From positions 124,001 through 188,000 of the forward strand of contig CAZWDO010000002.1 of the NCBI GenBank assembly GCA_964632485.1: a stretch of DNA of 64,000 nt. The letters are read 5' to 3'. Both the position numbers and the translations under genes were made by a program. The notes beneath the pieces are model-generated. The model saw only the letters and a program-made list of their open reading frames with translations. It searched no databases and was not told the DNA's origin. This DNA comes from an uncultured bacterium. GTDB taxonomy: Bacteria; JAGOEH01. Below, in pieces: positions 1 through 9,172 of this stretch (positions are counted from its first letter, which is position 1; the number at the start of each line of letters is the position of its first letter).

Positions 1-5
1 TCTCT

Positions 6-857
6 TTGATTTCCGAAGGTTCCCGGCCGGAGAGCAATTTTCAATCTCCGGAAAAGAATTTGAAAATTTTTGTAGCTGAAGACAATTATATCAACCTGCG
101 GCTGATGACTGCGATGTTTAAGAAATTGGGATATTCGATTGAATTTGCGCAAAATGGTCATTTAGCCTTAGAATCCCTTGAAAAAAAAGCCTATGATATC
201 GTTTTTTTAGACATTCACATGCCGGAACGAAGTGGTACCGAAATTACCGAAATTATCCGCCAGAGACCCGGACCTAATCAACAAACCCCCATTATTGCCG
301 TTACTGCGGATGCTCTACAAGGCGATCGTGAGAAGTATCTTGCCGCCGGTATGGATGATTACATTGCCAAGCCTTATAATATCAACGATATCCAGAGGAT
401 TATCACCCGTCATGTTCTGGATTTTTCTTCGGTGAACAGGGATATTCCTGTAAATAAACCCTCTATCGAAATTGCTGCTGACTCTAAATCGCTGGTGTTT
501 AACAGTGATGGATTTCTGGCGCGTATTTATCATGATTATTCTCTTTTTTCAAATATCATTAATCTTTTTATTGGTCAGTTTCCCCTGGATTTGAAGATAC
601 TCGAAGACGCCATAAAAAATAGGGAATTGCAAAGAGTAGTCAGAGAAACTCATCGATTGAAAGGCGGAGTTGCTATTCTCGGAGCCGAAGAAATCCTTAG
701 CTTATTAGATGCCATTGAGAATCTATCTGAATCTCGATCTGATGAACTTGATGGATTATTAGTGAAAATCGAGATGGCGTATGCCCGTTTCGTTGTGATT
801 GCAGAAGAAAAACTTCAGCAAATTTCGAATCAAATAGCGGATATTCGCGAACTTTGA
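6..857 (+). CDS. Receiver (REC) + Hpt region, probably the C-terminal part of a hybrid sensor histidine kinase truncated by the window edge
   Basis: REC motifs VAEDN, FLDIHMP, AVTA and YIAKP, then Hpt motif THRLKGG. The frame is open back to the window start. Confidence 0.85.
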   Translation: MISEGSRPESNFQSPEKNLKIFVAEDNYINLRLMTAMFKKLGYSIEFAQNGHLALESLEKKAYDIVFLDIHMPERSGTEITEIIRQRPGPNQQTPIIAVTADALQGDREKYLAAGMDDYIAKPYNINDIQRIITRHVLDFSSVNRDIPVNKPSIEIAADSKSLVFNSDGFLARIYHDYSLFSNIINLFIGQFPLDLKILEDAIKNRELQRVVRETHRLKGGVAILGAEEILSLLDAIENLSESRSDELDGLLVKIEMAYARFVVIAEEKLQQISNQIADIREL

Positions 858-935
858 GTCCGGGCGCTATTTTTTTACGATTTTAAGATATGATATGTCG
901 TTAGCGAATTTTTATTAACCTGAAAGGAGAATTAT

Positions 936-2222
936 ATGGGCAGTGGCGCGTTCAACCCATTTCAAATGGCTCAGACTCAATTTGATCGTATCGCGGAAGT
1001 GTTGCAATTGGATGAAGGAACCCGCGCATTATTACGCGACCCCATGCGTGAATACCATTTTAGTATTCCAGTCCGTATGGATGACGGCAAAGTGAAAATT
1101 TTCAGGGGGTATCGCATCCAGCATAATGATTCGCGCGGCCCTTGTAAGGGTGGTATTCGTTTTCATCCTTTGGAAACGGTTGATACGGTACGCGCATTGT
1201 CATTATGGATGACCTGGAAATGCGCGGTAGTAGATATCCCCCTGGGTGGAGGAAAAGGAGGCGTGATTTGCGATCCCCATCATTTAACTGCTCGTGAACA
1301 AGAGCTCATCTGCCGCGGGTATGTTCGGCAATTAGCCCAGGTAGTTGGGCCGCTTCGCGATGTTCCAGCGCCTGATGTCATGACGAATGCCCAGCACATG
1401 CTATGGATGCTGGATGAATATGAGACTATCCGCGGCGTAAAATACCCCGGTTTTATTACTGGTAAACCAGTGGGTATGGGTGGGTCGCTCGGACGTACTG
1501 AGGCGACAGGTTTCGGGGTTGTTTATACATTGCGCGAGGCGTTAAGAATGCTGAATATGTCGCCTGAAAAATGTGTCGCTGCGGTCCAGGGTTTTGGCAA
1601 TGTCGCTCAATATGCTATAAAACTTTTTACCCAAATGGGCGGTCGCGTGATTTGTGTTTCCTGCTGGGACCAGACCGATCGAACTGCTTATACTTATCGG
1701 AAAAAAAGTGGGGTTGATCTGGCTGAATTACTATCGATTACTGATCGATTCGGTGGCATTGAGAAGGATAAAGCCCGTGAATTGAACTATGAGCTGCTCC
1801 CTGCGGAGGACTGGCTGGAACAGGATGTGGATATTTTGATTCCGGCGGCGTTGGAAAATCAGATCACTGCTGAAAATGTCAATAAAATCAGCCAACGTGT
1901 GCGGATTATTGCCGAAGGCGCGAATGGTCCGACCACTCCGGATGCGGATCAGATCATCCAACAACGGAATATTTTTATGATTCCCGATTTTTTAGCGAAT
2001 GCGGGAGGAGTGACTTGCAGTTATTTTGAGCAGGTACAATGCAATATGAACTATTTTTGGGAAAAAGATGAAGTTTTAGCCAAACTCGATACAAAAATGA
2101 CCGGCGCATTCCATGGTGTGAGCGAATTAGCGCGAAAACGGAAACTCTTTATGCGTGATGCCGCTTATGTGATTGCTGTCAATCGGGTAGCCCAGGCTTG
2201 CCGAGAACGCGGATGGGTGTGA
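936..2222 (+). CDS. gdhA: Glu/Leu/Phe/Val dehydrogenase family, glutamate dehydrogenase
   Basis: KGGIRFHP, MTWKCA, GGGKGG, PAPDV, GRTEATGFG, QGFGNVA, EGANGPTT and PDFLANAGGV. SD aaggag upstream. Confidence 0.93.
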   Translation: MGSGAFNPFQMAQTQFDRIAEVLQLDEGTRALLRDPMREYHFSIPVRMDDGKVKIFRGYRIQHNDSRGPCKGGIRFHPLETVDTVRALSLWMTWKCAVVDIPLGGGKGGVICDPHHLTAREQELICRGYVRQLAQVVGPLRDVPAPDVMTNAQHMLWMLDEYETIRGVKYPGFITGKPVGMGGSLGRTEATGFGVVYTLREALRMLNMSPEKCVAAVQGFGNVAQYAIKLFTQMGGRVICVSCWDQTDRTAYTYRKKSGVDLAELLSITDRFGGIEKDKARELNYELLPAEDWLEQDVDILIPAALENQITAENVNKISQRVRIIAEGANGPTTPDADQIIQQRNIFMIPDFLANAGGVTCSYFEQVQCNMNYFWEKDEVLAKLDTKMTGAFHGVSELARKRKLFMRDAAYVIAVNRVAQACRERGWV

Positions 2223-3901
2223 TTCGATTTATTGGTTCCGGTGATTCCGGCGGTAAAGCTCAGGGACTCATCGACAGCCTGGCGTTGATCGAACAGTTTT
2301 CAGCTTCCTTGCCGTTTAGTGGGATCATGTTAAATATTCCGCAAATGATCATTATCCGTAGTGATTTATTTACCCGTTTTGTCTCTCATAACGGCCTTAT
2401 TGAACGAATCGAACCGGATTCGTCGGATATCGATATCGCCCGATATTTTTTGCAGGGCGATATCCCTGCTGAGTGGATAGGAGACCTCCGCCGTGTGAGT
2501 GATTCATTGAAAGTCCCCCTGGCAATCCGTTCTTCGGCGTTGTTGGAAGACGCGCGGCAATTGCCTTTTGCGGGTGTGTATCTAACTAAAATGATTCCCA
2601 ACCATCAATTGGATCCCTCTATTCGCTTTCACCAGTTTTTAGAAGCGATCAAACTTGTGTGGAGTTCAACCTATTATGGGAATGTCCGGGCGTGTCGCCA
2701 ATCATTAGGCTTAGCGCCTTTTGGGGAACAAATGGCCGTACTGATTCAGCCGATTGTCGGCGCTCGTTGGAATCATTACTTTTTCCCTCTGGTTTCCGGA
2801 GTGGCGCGTTCCCATAATTATTATCCATTCCCTGGAACCTGCGCCGAGGATGGGGTTGCGCAATTGGCTTTGGGTTTGGGGAAAACGATTGTTGATAATC
2901 ATCCCAGTTGGATATACTCCCCGGCTAATCCGGGTCTGTCGATGCCTTTTCCTTCTTTCAAAGCCATGCTTCAGGCCACTCAAACCCGTTTTTGGGCCAT
3001 CGATTTAAGCCGCCAATTTCAGTATGATCCATTTTCTGAAACTGAATATATGAGCTATTTATCGTTGAAGCAGGCAGAGATTCCAGCGGTTTTACGCTAT
3101 GTCGCATCCACCTGGCATCCGGAAAACGATCGACTCGAGATGGGCGCTTTTGATAAAGGGCCGCGGGTATTGAATTTTGCTCCATTGCTTCAATCCTCTT
3201 TGCTTCCCTTCAATCCCTTGATCCGTTTGTTACTGGCAGAATTGACTGCTGTTTATCCCCAAGGAGTGGAAATTGAATTTGCCCTGCAAATTGATGATTT
3301 ACCACAAACCGTTCCCATTTTTAATGTTTTGCAGATTCGGGGATTAAACTCGATTCAAACTCAGCTTATGCTACCCCTTGATACTATCCCCCGGGAGAAA
3401 ATAGTGGTTCAGTCGCGTCAGACGTTGGGTGAAGGCATGAAACGATCGATTCGGGATATCGTTTATCTGTTGCCGGACTGTTTTAATCTTGTCCATACTC
3501 TTCAAATCGCTTCAGAATTGGAGAGTGTGAACCGATTTCTTATGGAAAACCACCGAACATGCCTTTTAATCGTTTTTGGTCGTTTGGGAAGCTCTGATCC
3601 CTGGTTGGGTGTGCCGGTAACCTGGCCGCAAATTTCCAGCGCGGAAGTGATTGTGGAGGGTGGTCTTGATCAGTTTCAACCTGATCTCAGCCAGGGATCC
3701 CATTTTTTTCATAATCTTTCTAATCTGGGAGTGTTCTATTTATCTCTTAATAAAACGGAAACCGATGCGATCAATTGGAATTGGTTAAGGGAATTAACCT
3801 GCATCCGTGAAACTGATTTTCTTCGACATGTTGAGTATATGCCAGGACTTAATGCCGCCATATCGTCCCATAACCAGCAAGGAGTAGTTTTCTATGATTG
3901 A
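2219..3901 (+). CDS. PEP/pyruvate-binding (PPDK_N, ATP-grasp) domain protein of unknown function
   Basis: GGKAQGL, AIRSSALLED..FAGVY, GLGKTIV, EIEFA and C-terminal GRLGSSDPWLGVPV..SQGSHFFHNL. Start is probably GTG 2219 (GTGA overlap with the gdhA stop) or ATG 2213, rather than TTG 2198. Confidence 0.8.
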   Translation: MIRFIGSGDSGGKAQGLIDSLALIEQFSASLPFSGIMLNIPQMIIIRSDLFTRFVSHNGLIERIEPDSSDIDIARYFLQGDIPAEWIGDLRRVSDSLKVPLAIRSSALLEDARQLPFAGVYLTKMIPNHQLDPSIRFHQFLEAIKLVWSSTYYGNVRACRQSLGLAPFGEQMAVLIQPIVGARWNHYFFPLVSGVARSHNYYPFPGTCAEDGVAQLALGLGKTIVDNHPSWIYSPANPGLSMPFPSFKAMLQATQTRFWAIDLSRQFQYDPFSETEYMSYLSLKQAEIPAVLRYVASTWHPENDRLEMGAFDKGPRVLNFAPLLQSSLLPFNPLIRLLLAELTAVYPQGVEIEFALQIDDLPQTVPIFNVLQIRGLNSIQTQLMLPLDTIPREKIVVQSRQTLGEGMKRSIRDIVYLLPDCFNLVHTLQIASELESVNRFLMENHRTCLLIVFGRLGSSDPWLGVPVTWPQISSAEVIVEGGLDQFQPDLSQGSHFFHNLSNLGVFYLSLNKTETDAINWNWLRELTCIRETDFLRHVEYMPGLNAAISSHNQQGVVFYD

Positions 3902-6900
3902 GCAAAATCCAACGTTTGATAAAATCTATCACACCTTGAATGAACGGGCCAAGGAACTCAATTGTCTCTACCATGTAGAAGAAATTCTGGCAAAATTGGA
4001 AACTGATGATCTGAATATTCTTCAGGAAATCATTGAAGCGATCCCACCGGGTTGGCAGTATCCCGATATTTGTATGGTGCGTCTGGAGATCGATGGGAAA
4101 ATTGTCGCAAGCCGCTGTTTCTGGGAGAGTCCATGGGTGTTGAAAGTAGCTATTCAGACGGATGAAGCTACCATCGGTACTCTGGAGGTTTTTTACGGAG
4201 AAGCTCGACCCCCTGCGGACGAGGGGCCATTTCTGCGGGAAGAACGTCGTTTGATTAATACCATTGCTGAACGTATTGGCCAATCTTTTTTCCATTTAAA
4301 ATTAAAGCTGCTCTTTCAGCAATGGGAAAAAGCAAAAACCGAATTGTCGGAAAACCACATTACAGAATGGCAGGTAATCCTTAATCTGCTGCTGAAAACC
4401 GATGCCAATCTCTATATGATTGTTTCCCGAAAAATGATGAACCACCTTTTTTGGAGCGGGATTGAGGAAGCTAAAAACTATATCCATATATTCAATGCTC
4501 ATATACAATCGGCCAACCAGGTTCTGCTGGGTGATGAAAATCGTCCGCAAACGCGCCAATCACTGAAAAAATTGATTGAATTAAATCAAAACATTTTTAC
4601 CATCGCTTCCCGTTATCTTGCCAATCAGGAAATTTTGAATTTGATACAAAAATGGATCGGCGAGGATAAATCTTCGTTTTTAATCCGGATACTGGAAAAT
4701 CCAGATAGTCCTCTTTCTGAAATAACTGATGCGATTGCCCGGTTTCATCATTTGGCGCTAAATGAAGTTGAGCTTTCGCCGGCCGCTCTCAAAGGTATCC
4801 ATGTTTCGCTGATTCGGCGTTTTTTTACGGATCAGTTGGAGTATCTCAATATTGCCAAATCATTTGTAAGTATCCAGGATTTTTATGATTTACAAAAACG
4901 GATCATCCATCCGCCGGACAGTCATGGTAAACTGGGGGGTAAAAGCGCCGGTTTATTTTTAGCATTGCAAATTCTTAAAAGCTGTGATGATTCAACCGCT
5001 GCTTTTTTACAAAACCTCTCTGCGCCGAAAACCTGGTATATCACATCCGATGGACTGCATCATTTTGTTTACTATAATAATCTGGAAGATGTCCTGGAAC
5101 AAAAATATAAGGAACTGGATCAAATTCGCCAGGAATACCCGCATATCATTCAATTATTTAAAAATTCGCAATTCCCGCCGGATTTGGTAAAAGGATTGGC
5201 CTTAGCGCTTGATGATTTTGGCGCTAAACCATTAATTGTAAGAAGTTCAAGTTTATTGGAAGACCGATTGGGGGCGGCTTTTTCGGGTAAATACAAGAGT
5301 TTATTTTTAGCGAATCAGGGAACAAGGGAACAGCGGTTAGAAGCTTTAGCAGACGCGATCGCCGAGGTTTATGCTTCCACGTTTGGACCCGATCCGATTT
5401 TGTATCGTCAACAACGCGGGTTACTTGATTTCTATGAAGAAATGGGGGTCATGATCCAGGAAGTCGTAGGGAATACCTTTGGTCCCTATTATTTACCGGC
5501 TTATGCCGGTGTAGCATTCAGCCAGAACGAGTTTCGTTGGTCTTCACGTATTGAACGCAAGGATGGATTGATTCGTCTGGTGCCGGGATTGGGCACGCGC
5601 GCTGTGGATCGTTTAAGTGATGATTATCCGATTTTGCTGGCGCCGGGGAAACCCGATTTGCGTGTCAATATATCCATGGAAGACCAATTGCGTTACACGC
5701 CTAAAAAAATTGATGTGATTAATCTATCGACCAACCAGTTTGAAACGGTTTCCGTACGTGAGTTTCTGCAAAAAATTGGCGATGCCTCCCCGTGCCCCGA
5801 GCTGCTGTTTTCAATATATGATGAAGAACATATTCGTCCCTATTCCCCGTGGGGAAATGATATTGATCCGAAAAAAATGGTGCTGAATTTTTCAGGGTTA
5901 TTGGAAAAAACTCCCTTTGTCCGCCAGATCAAGGCAATTTTAGAGCGTTTGCAGAATACCTTGGAATTTCCCGTCGATATCGAGTTTGTCTCGGACGGCC
6001 GGAAACTCTATCTCCTCCAATGCCGACCCCAATATGCAAGCGGAGATTACGGATCGGCTCCCATACCCCAGGATATTCCTCAAGATGATATTTTGTTTAC
6101 TGCCCACCGTCATATTTCAAATGGCCGGGTCCCGCTAATTTCACATTTAGTGTATATCCCCCCTCAGGCCTATCAGGAATTGACGGCTTTAGAGGATCTG
6201 ATGGAAGTGGGAACGGTCGTTGGTCGATTGAATGCGCTATTGCCTAAACGTCAGTTCATCTTGATCGGACCGGGTCGGTGGGGGAGTCGGGGTGATATTC
6301 GTCTGGGCGTGAATGTAACGTATGCCGATATTTGCAATACTGCCGTTTTGATTGAAGTTGCCCGAAAAAAAGGAAACTATGTTCCCGATCTATCCTTCGG
6401 CACCCATTTTTTCCAGGATTTGGCGGAAGCAGAAATCCGATATATTCCTCTATATCCCGATGAAGCTGATGTTGTTTTTAATGAATCGTTTATGCTGGAT
6501 AGTCCCAATATGCTCAGCGCGCTATTGCCTGAATACAGGCATCTCGAAGAAGTCATTCATGTTATCGATATCGCCCAGGTAAAAGAGAGCAAAGGTTTGC
6601 AGATTCTGCTCAATGCCGATCTCGAACAAGCGGTGGCCTATTTCACCGGTAAAGAGGTATCCTTACCCCGGAGCGTAATTGCGACTACCGTTCAGCCATC
6701 AGTTTCCGATGCTTCATGGCGCTGGCGATCCAGTATGGCGCAACGTGTTATCGATGAATTAGATTTTCAGCGATTTGGTATTTTAGCAGTATTCTTGATG
6801 GGGAGCGTAAAAAATGCTACTGCTGGTCCGGCCAGTGACATTGATTTGCTTGTTCATCTATCTGCATCAGAAAGCCAAAAAGAGGCCCTGTTAAATTGGT

Positions 6901-7094
6901 TCGAGGGGTGGAGTCTGTGTCTCAGTGAAATAAATTATTTGAAAACAGGTTATAAAACGAGTGGATTACTAGATGTTCATCTGATCACTGATCTGGATAT
7001 CGAACAGGGAGATAGTTTTGCTGCCAAGATTGGCGCTGTTACCGATGCTGCGCGTCTGATCAAAGCTGTTGTAGGTTATAGTGATAAACGCTGA
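3894..7094 (+). CDS. GAF-like sensor + PPDK_N (ATP-grasp) + C-terminal Pol-beta-type nucleotidyltransferase domain protein
   Basis: N-terminal LNERAKELNCLY..IPPGWQYP..EGPFLREE; GGKSAGL, VRSSSLLED..FSGKY, GLGTRAV, DIEF, GPGRWGS and SFGTHFFQDL; C-terminal GSVKNATAGPASDIDLLV and later DVHL. Confidence 0.82.
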   Translation: MIEQNPTFDKIYHTLNERAKELNCLYHVEEILAKLETDDLNILQEIIEAIPPGWQYPDICMVRLEIDGKIVASRCFWESPWVLKVAIQTDEATIGTLEVFYGEARPPADEGPFLREERRLINTIAERIGQSFFHLKLKLLFQQWEKAKTELSENHITEWQVILNLLLKTDANLYMIVSRKMMNHLFWSGIEEAKNYIHIFNAHIQSANQVLLGDENRPQTRQSLKKLIELNQNIFTIASRYLANQEILNLIQKWIGEDKSSFLIRILENPDSPLSEITDAIARFHHLALNEVELSPAALKGIHVSLIRRFFTDQLEYLNIAKSFVSIQDFYDLQKRIIHPPDSHGKLGGKSAGLFLALQILKSCDDSTAAFLQNLSAPKTWYITSDGLHHFVYYNNLEDVLEQKYKELDQIRQEYPHIIQLFKNSQFPPDLVKGLALALDDFGAKPLIVRSSSLLEDRLGAAFSGKYKSLFLANQGTREQRLEALADAIAEVYASTFGPDPILYRQQRGLLDFYEEMGVMIQEVVGNTFGPYYLPAYAGVAFSQNEFRWSSRIERKDGLIRLVPGLGTRAVDRLSDDYPILLAPGKPDLRVNISMEDQLRYTPKKIDVINLSTNQFETVSVREFLQKIGDASPCPELLFSIYDEEHIRPYSPWGNDIDPKKMVLNFSGLLEKTPFVRQIKAILERLQNTLEFPVDIEFVSDGRKLYLLQCRPQYASGDYGSAPIPQDIPQDDILFTAHRHISNGRVPLISHLVYIPPQAYQELTALEDLMEVGTVVGRLNALLPKRQFILIGPGRWGSRGDIRLGVNVTYADICNTAVLIEVARKKGNYVPDLSFGTHFFQDLAEAEIRYIPLYPDEADVVFNESFMLDSPNMLSALLPEYRHLEEVIHVIDIAQVKESKGLQILLNADLEQAVAYFTGKEVSLPRSVIATTVQPSVSDASWRWRSSMAQRVIDELDFQRFGILAVFLMGSVKNATAGPASDIDLLVHLSASESQKEALLNWFEGWSLCLSEINYLKTGYKTSGLLDVHLITDLDIEQGDSFAAKIGAVTDAARLIKAVVGYSDKR

Positions 7095-7125
7095 TACGGT
7101 AAAAACATAACGGAATCCGATTCTC

Positions 7126-7160
7126 AAAAAAAAAACCGTAAGCTTTAGGCTTACGGTTTT
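7126..7160. terminator. Bidirectional intrinsic terminator between the gdh operon and tRNA-Asp
   Basis: AAAACCGTAAGC-tttag-GCTTACGGTTTT inverted repeat with A and T tracts. Confidence 0.8.
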
Positions 7161-7162
7161 AA

Positions 7163-7237
7163 CGGGGCCGACGAGACTCGAACTCGCGACCTCCGGCGTG
7201 ACAGGCCGGCGTTCTAACCAAACTGAACTACAGCCCC
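7163..7237 (-). tRNA. tRNA-Asp(GTC), CCA not encoded
   Basis: Reverse complement GGGGCTGTAGTTCAGTTTGGTTAGAACGCCGGCCT-GTC-ACGCCGGAGGTCGCGAGTTCGAGTCTCGTCGGCCCCG folds into a cloverleaf. Confidence 0.97.
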
Positions 7238-7251
7238 GTTTTCTTGCTCAT

Positions 7252-7280
7252 AATATAATCAAAAAAAATAGTTTTGTCAA
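7252..7280 (-). promoter_or_regulatory. sigma70-type promoter of tRNA-Asp
   Basis: TTGACA-17 nt-TATATT on the minus strand just upstream of the tRNA. Confidence 0.75.
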
Positions 7281-7299
7281 GCCCAATTTTGTCGTTTTT

Positions 7300-8826
7300 T
7301 TATTCTTTTGGAATTTTTATGGCAAGATAAAAGGCGTTTTCGGCTCGTTTAATCAATATTAAAAATGATTTATCAGGGGTTATACGTTTCATCGCTTCTC
7401 TAAAATCGGCCACTTGTCGGATCGGTTGGTCGCTGATTTCCTTAATCAAGTCGCCTTCGCGTAATCCATAAACAGCGGCAGAGGAATGCGGATCAATTTC
7501 GGTGATGACAATCCCAGTTTCCTGGTTGCTTAAGCGAAGCCGTTGGCGTAAAGCCGGTGTAATATCACTCACCTGAATGCCAAATTTCGAACTCATAACA
7601 CTTGCGCTTTCATTCTCTTTATCCGCCGAGCGCTCAATTGAACCTGAAACGGCCAGTTCATCTCTGAATTCTTCCAGCTTGACCTCTACGCTTTCTTTCT
7701 TTCCATCGCGATAAAAATCAACTTTGACTTTTTCATTGGGATTCTTGGTACCGACAATACTGACCAATTGGCTGTTATCCTCGATGTTTTGATCATCGAT
7801 TGCCACTATTACATCCTTGGGCTGAAGTTTTGCCTTGGAAGCGGGAGAATTATCCACAACAGCTTGAATAATGGCTCCTTTATTAGAAGGGAGTTTGAGA
7901 GCTTCCGCCATTTCCTGAGACACGCCACCAACACTGACGCCCAGCCAGGCTCGCACTATCCGGCCTTTTTCTACCAGATCCTTCATGGCTTTCATGGCAT
8001 TGTTGATTGGGATGGCAAAACCGATACCCTGGTTACCGCCTGAATTTGAAATGATAGCCGTATTGATACCGATCAATTCACCTTTTAAATTGATGAGAGC
8101 GCCACCACTATTCCCCGGATTTATCGGCGCCGATGTTTGCAGATAATTTTCAAAACGGGTTCTGACACCCCCTCCCCCGATTTCCGGATTGCGCCCTTTA
8201 GCGCTGATAATTCCTTCGGTAACAGTATGTTTCAGCTTTTCACTAAACGGCGATCCGATGGCCATCACCCATTCTCCAATCCGAACCTCATCTGAATTGC
8301 CGATTCTGATCGGTTTAAGATTATCCGCATCAATTTTTAGTACGGCAATATCATATTCTTCAGATTTACTAATCAGTTTTGCATCCAGTTCCCGGTTGTC
8401 CCATAACGATACTTTGATTTTATCTGCTTGCGCAACTACATGATAATTAGTAATAATATGACCTTCTTGATCGACGATGACCCCCGAACCCAATGCATAG
8501 CTTTCACGGGGTGTTTGAGGCATATTAAAAAAATCACGGAAAAAATCATCCAGCAGCGGGTTGTTTGTTTGATAAGAGCGGTTGATATGAGTAGTTGAAA
8601 TTGTAACTACTGCTGACATAGAGCTTTGCGATGCATTTACAAATGCTTGGTTCAACTGATTAACGAAATTTTCATCAATAGAAACCTTGCCCAAATTTCC
8701 GGGTTCAACTTCCTGCGCGATTTTTTGACTTGCTAAATCAAAATTTCCGGAAATAATTAAACCCATCATTATGCCTAAACTCAATAAAAAGATCATACTC
8801 AAAAATTTTCCTGTATGCCGCATCAT
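7300..8826 (-). CDS. degP: Do/DegP/DegQ (HtrA) family periplasmic serine protease with two PDZ domains
   Basis: LGSGVI, ITNYHVV, DIAVLK and INPGNSGGAL catalytic triad motifs, N-terminal TM/signal, two PDZ regions. Confidence 0.92.
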   Translation of the reverse strand: MMRHTGKFLSMIFLLSLGIMMGLIISGNFDLASQKIAQEVEPGNLGKVSIDENFVNQLNQAFVNASQSSMSAVVTISTTHINRSYQTNNPLLDDFFRDFFNMPQTPRESYALGSGVIVDQEGHIITNYHVVAQADKIKVSLWDNRELDAKLISKSEEYDIAVLKIDADNLKPIRIGNSDEVRIGEWVMAIGSPFSEKLKHTVTEGIISAKGRNPEIGGGGVRTRFENYLQTSAPINPGNSGGALINLKGELIGINTAIISNSGGNQGIGFAIPINNAMKAMKDLVEKGRIVRAWLGVSVGGVSQEMAEALKLPSNKGAIIQAVVDNSPASKAKLQPKDVIVAIDDQNIEDNSQLVSIVGTKNPNEKVKVDFYRDGKKESVEVKLEEFRDELAVSGSIERSADKENESASVMSSKFGIQVSDITPALRQRLRLSNQETGIVITEIDPHSSAAVYGLREGDLIKEISDQPIRQVADFREAMKRITPDKSFLILIKRAENAFYLAIKIPKE

Positions 8827-8879
8827 TGTCTCCTTTTAATTCAGGTGAAAGTTGATTTTTTGGCGCCTTTTAGTAAATA

Positions 8880-8907
8880 TAAACTGATTTCATACCCGAT
8901 GGGTTCC
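8880..8907 (-). promoter_or_regulatory. Candidate ECF (sigmaE-type) promoter for degP
   Basis: GGAAC-N18-GTTTA on the minus strand about 55-80 nt upstream of degP. Confidence 0.4.
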
Positions 8908-8930
8908 CAAATTTCATATATAAAATTTTC

Positions 8931-8959
8931 TTGACACTAGCGCTAAATTGTTTTATATT
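8931..8959 (+). promoter_or_regulatory. sigma70-type promoter upstream of the AsmA-like gene
   Basis: TTGACA-17-TATATT. Confidence 0.65.
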
Positions 8960-9172
8960 ATCATCAAACTAATATCGTATGAGTCGCTTGGCAGAATTTG
9001 TAGGATTTCAAATGAATAAACGCAACGTAGATACCGTCGAGCGCGAAATGGTCACAATAGGATATGATTCCAACTCTGCTTCCGCTGGATGAGGGATTTT
9101 AATAATCAGGCATGAATATTAAGGATTTGCGATGGTATATCGCAGTAACATTTAACGTCACAGGAGTTTAAT

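Noticed and set aside
7126-7300. tRNA-Asp as an integration site for an island
   Set aside because: I saw no integrase and no duplicate of the tRNA 3' end in the window.
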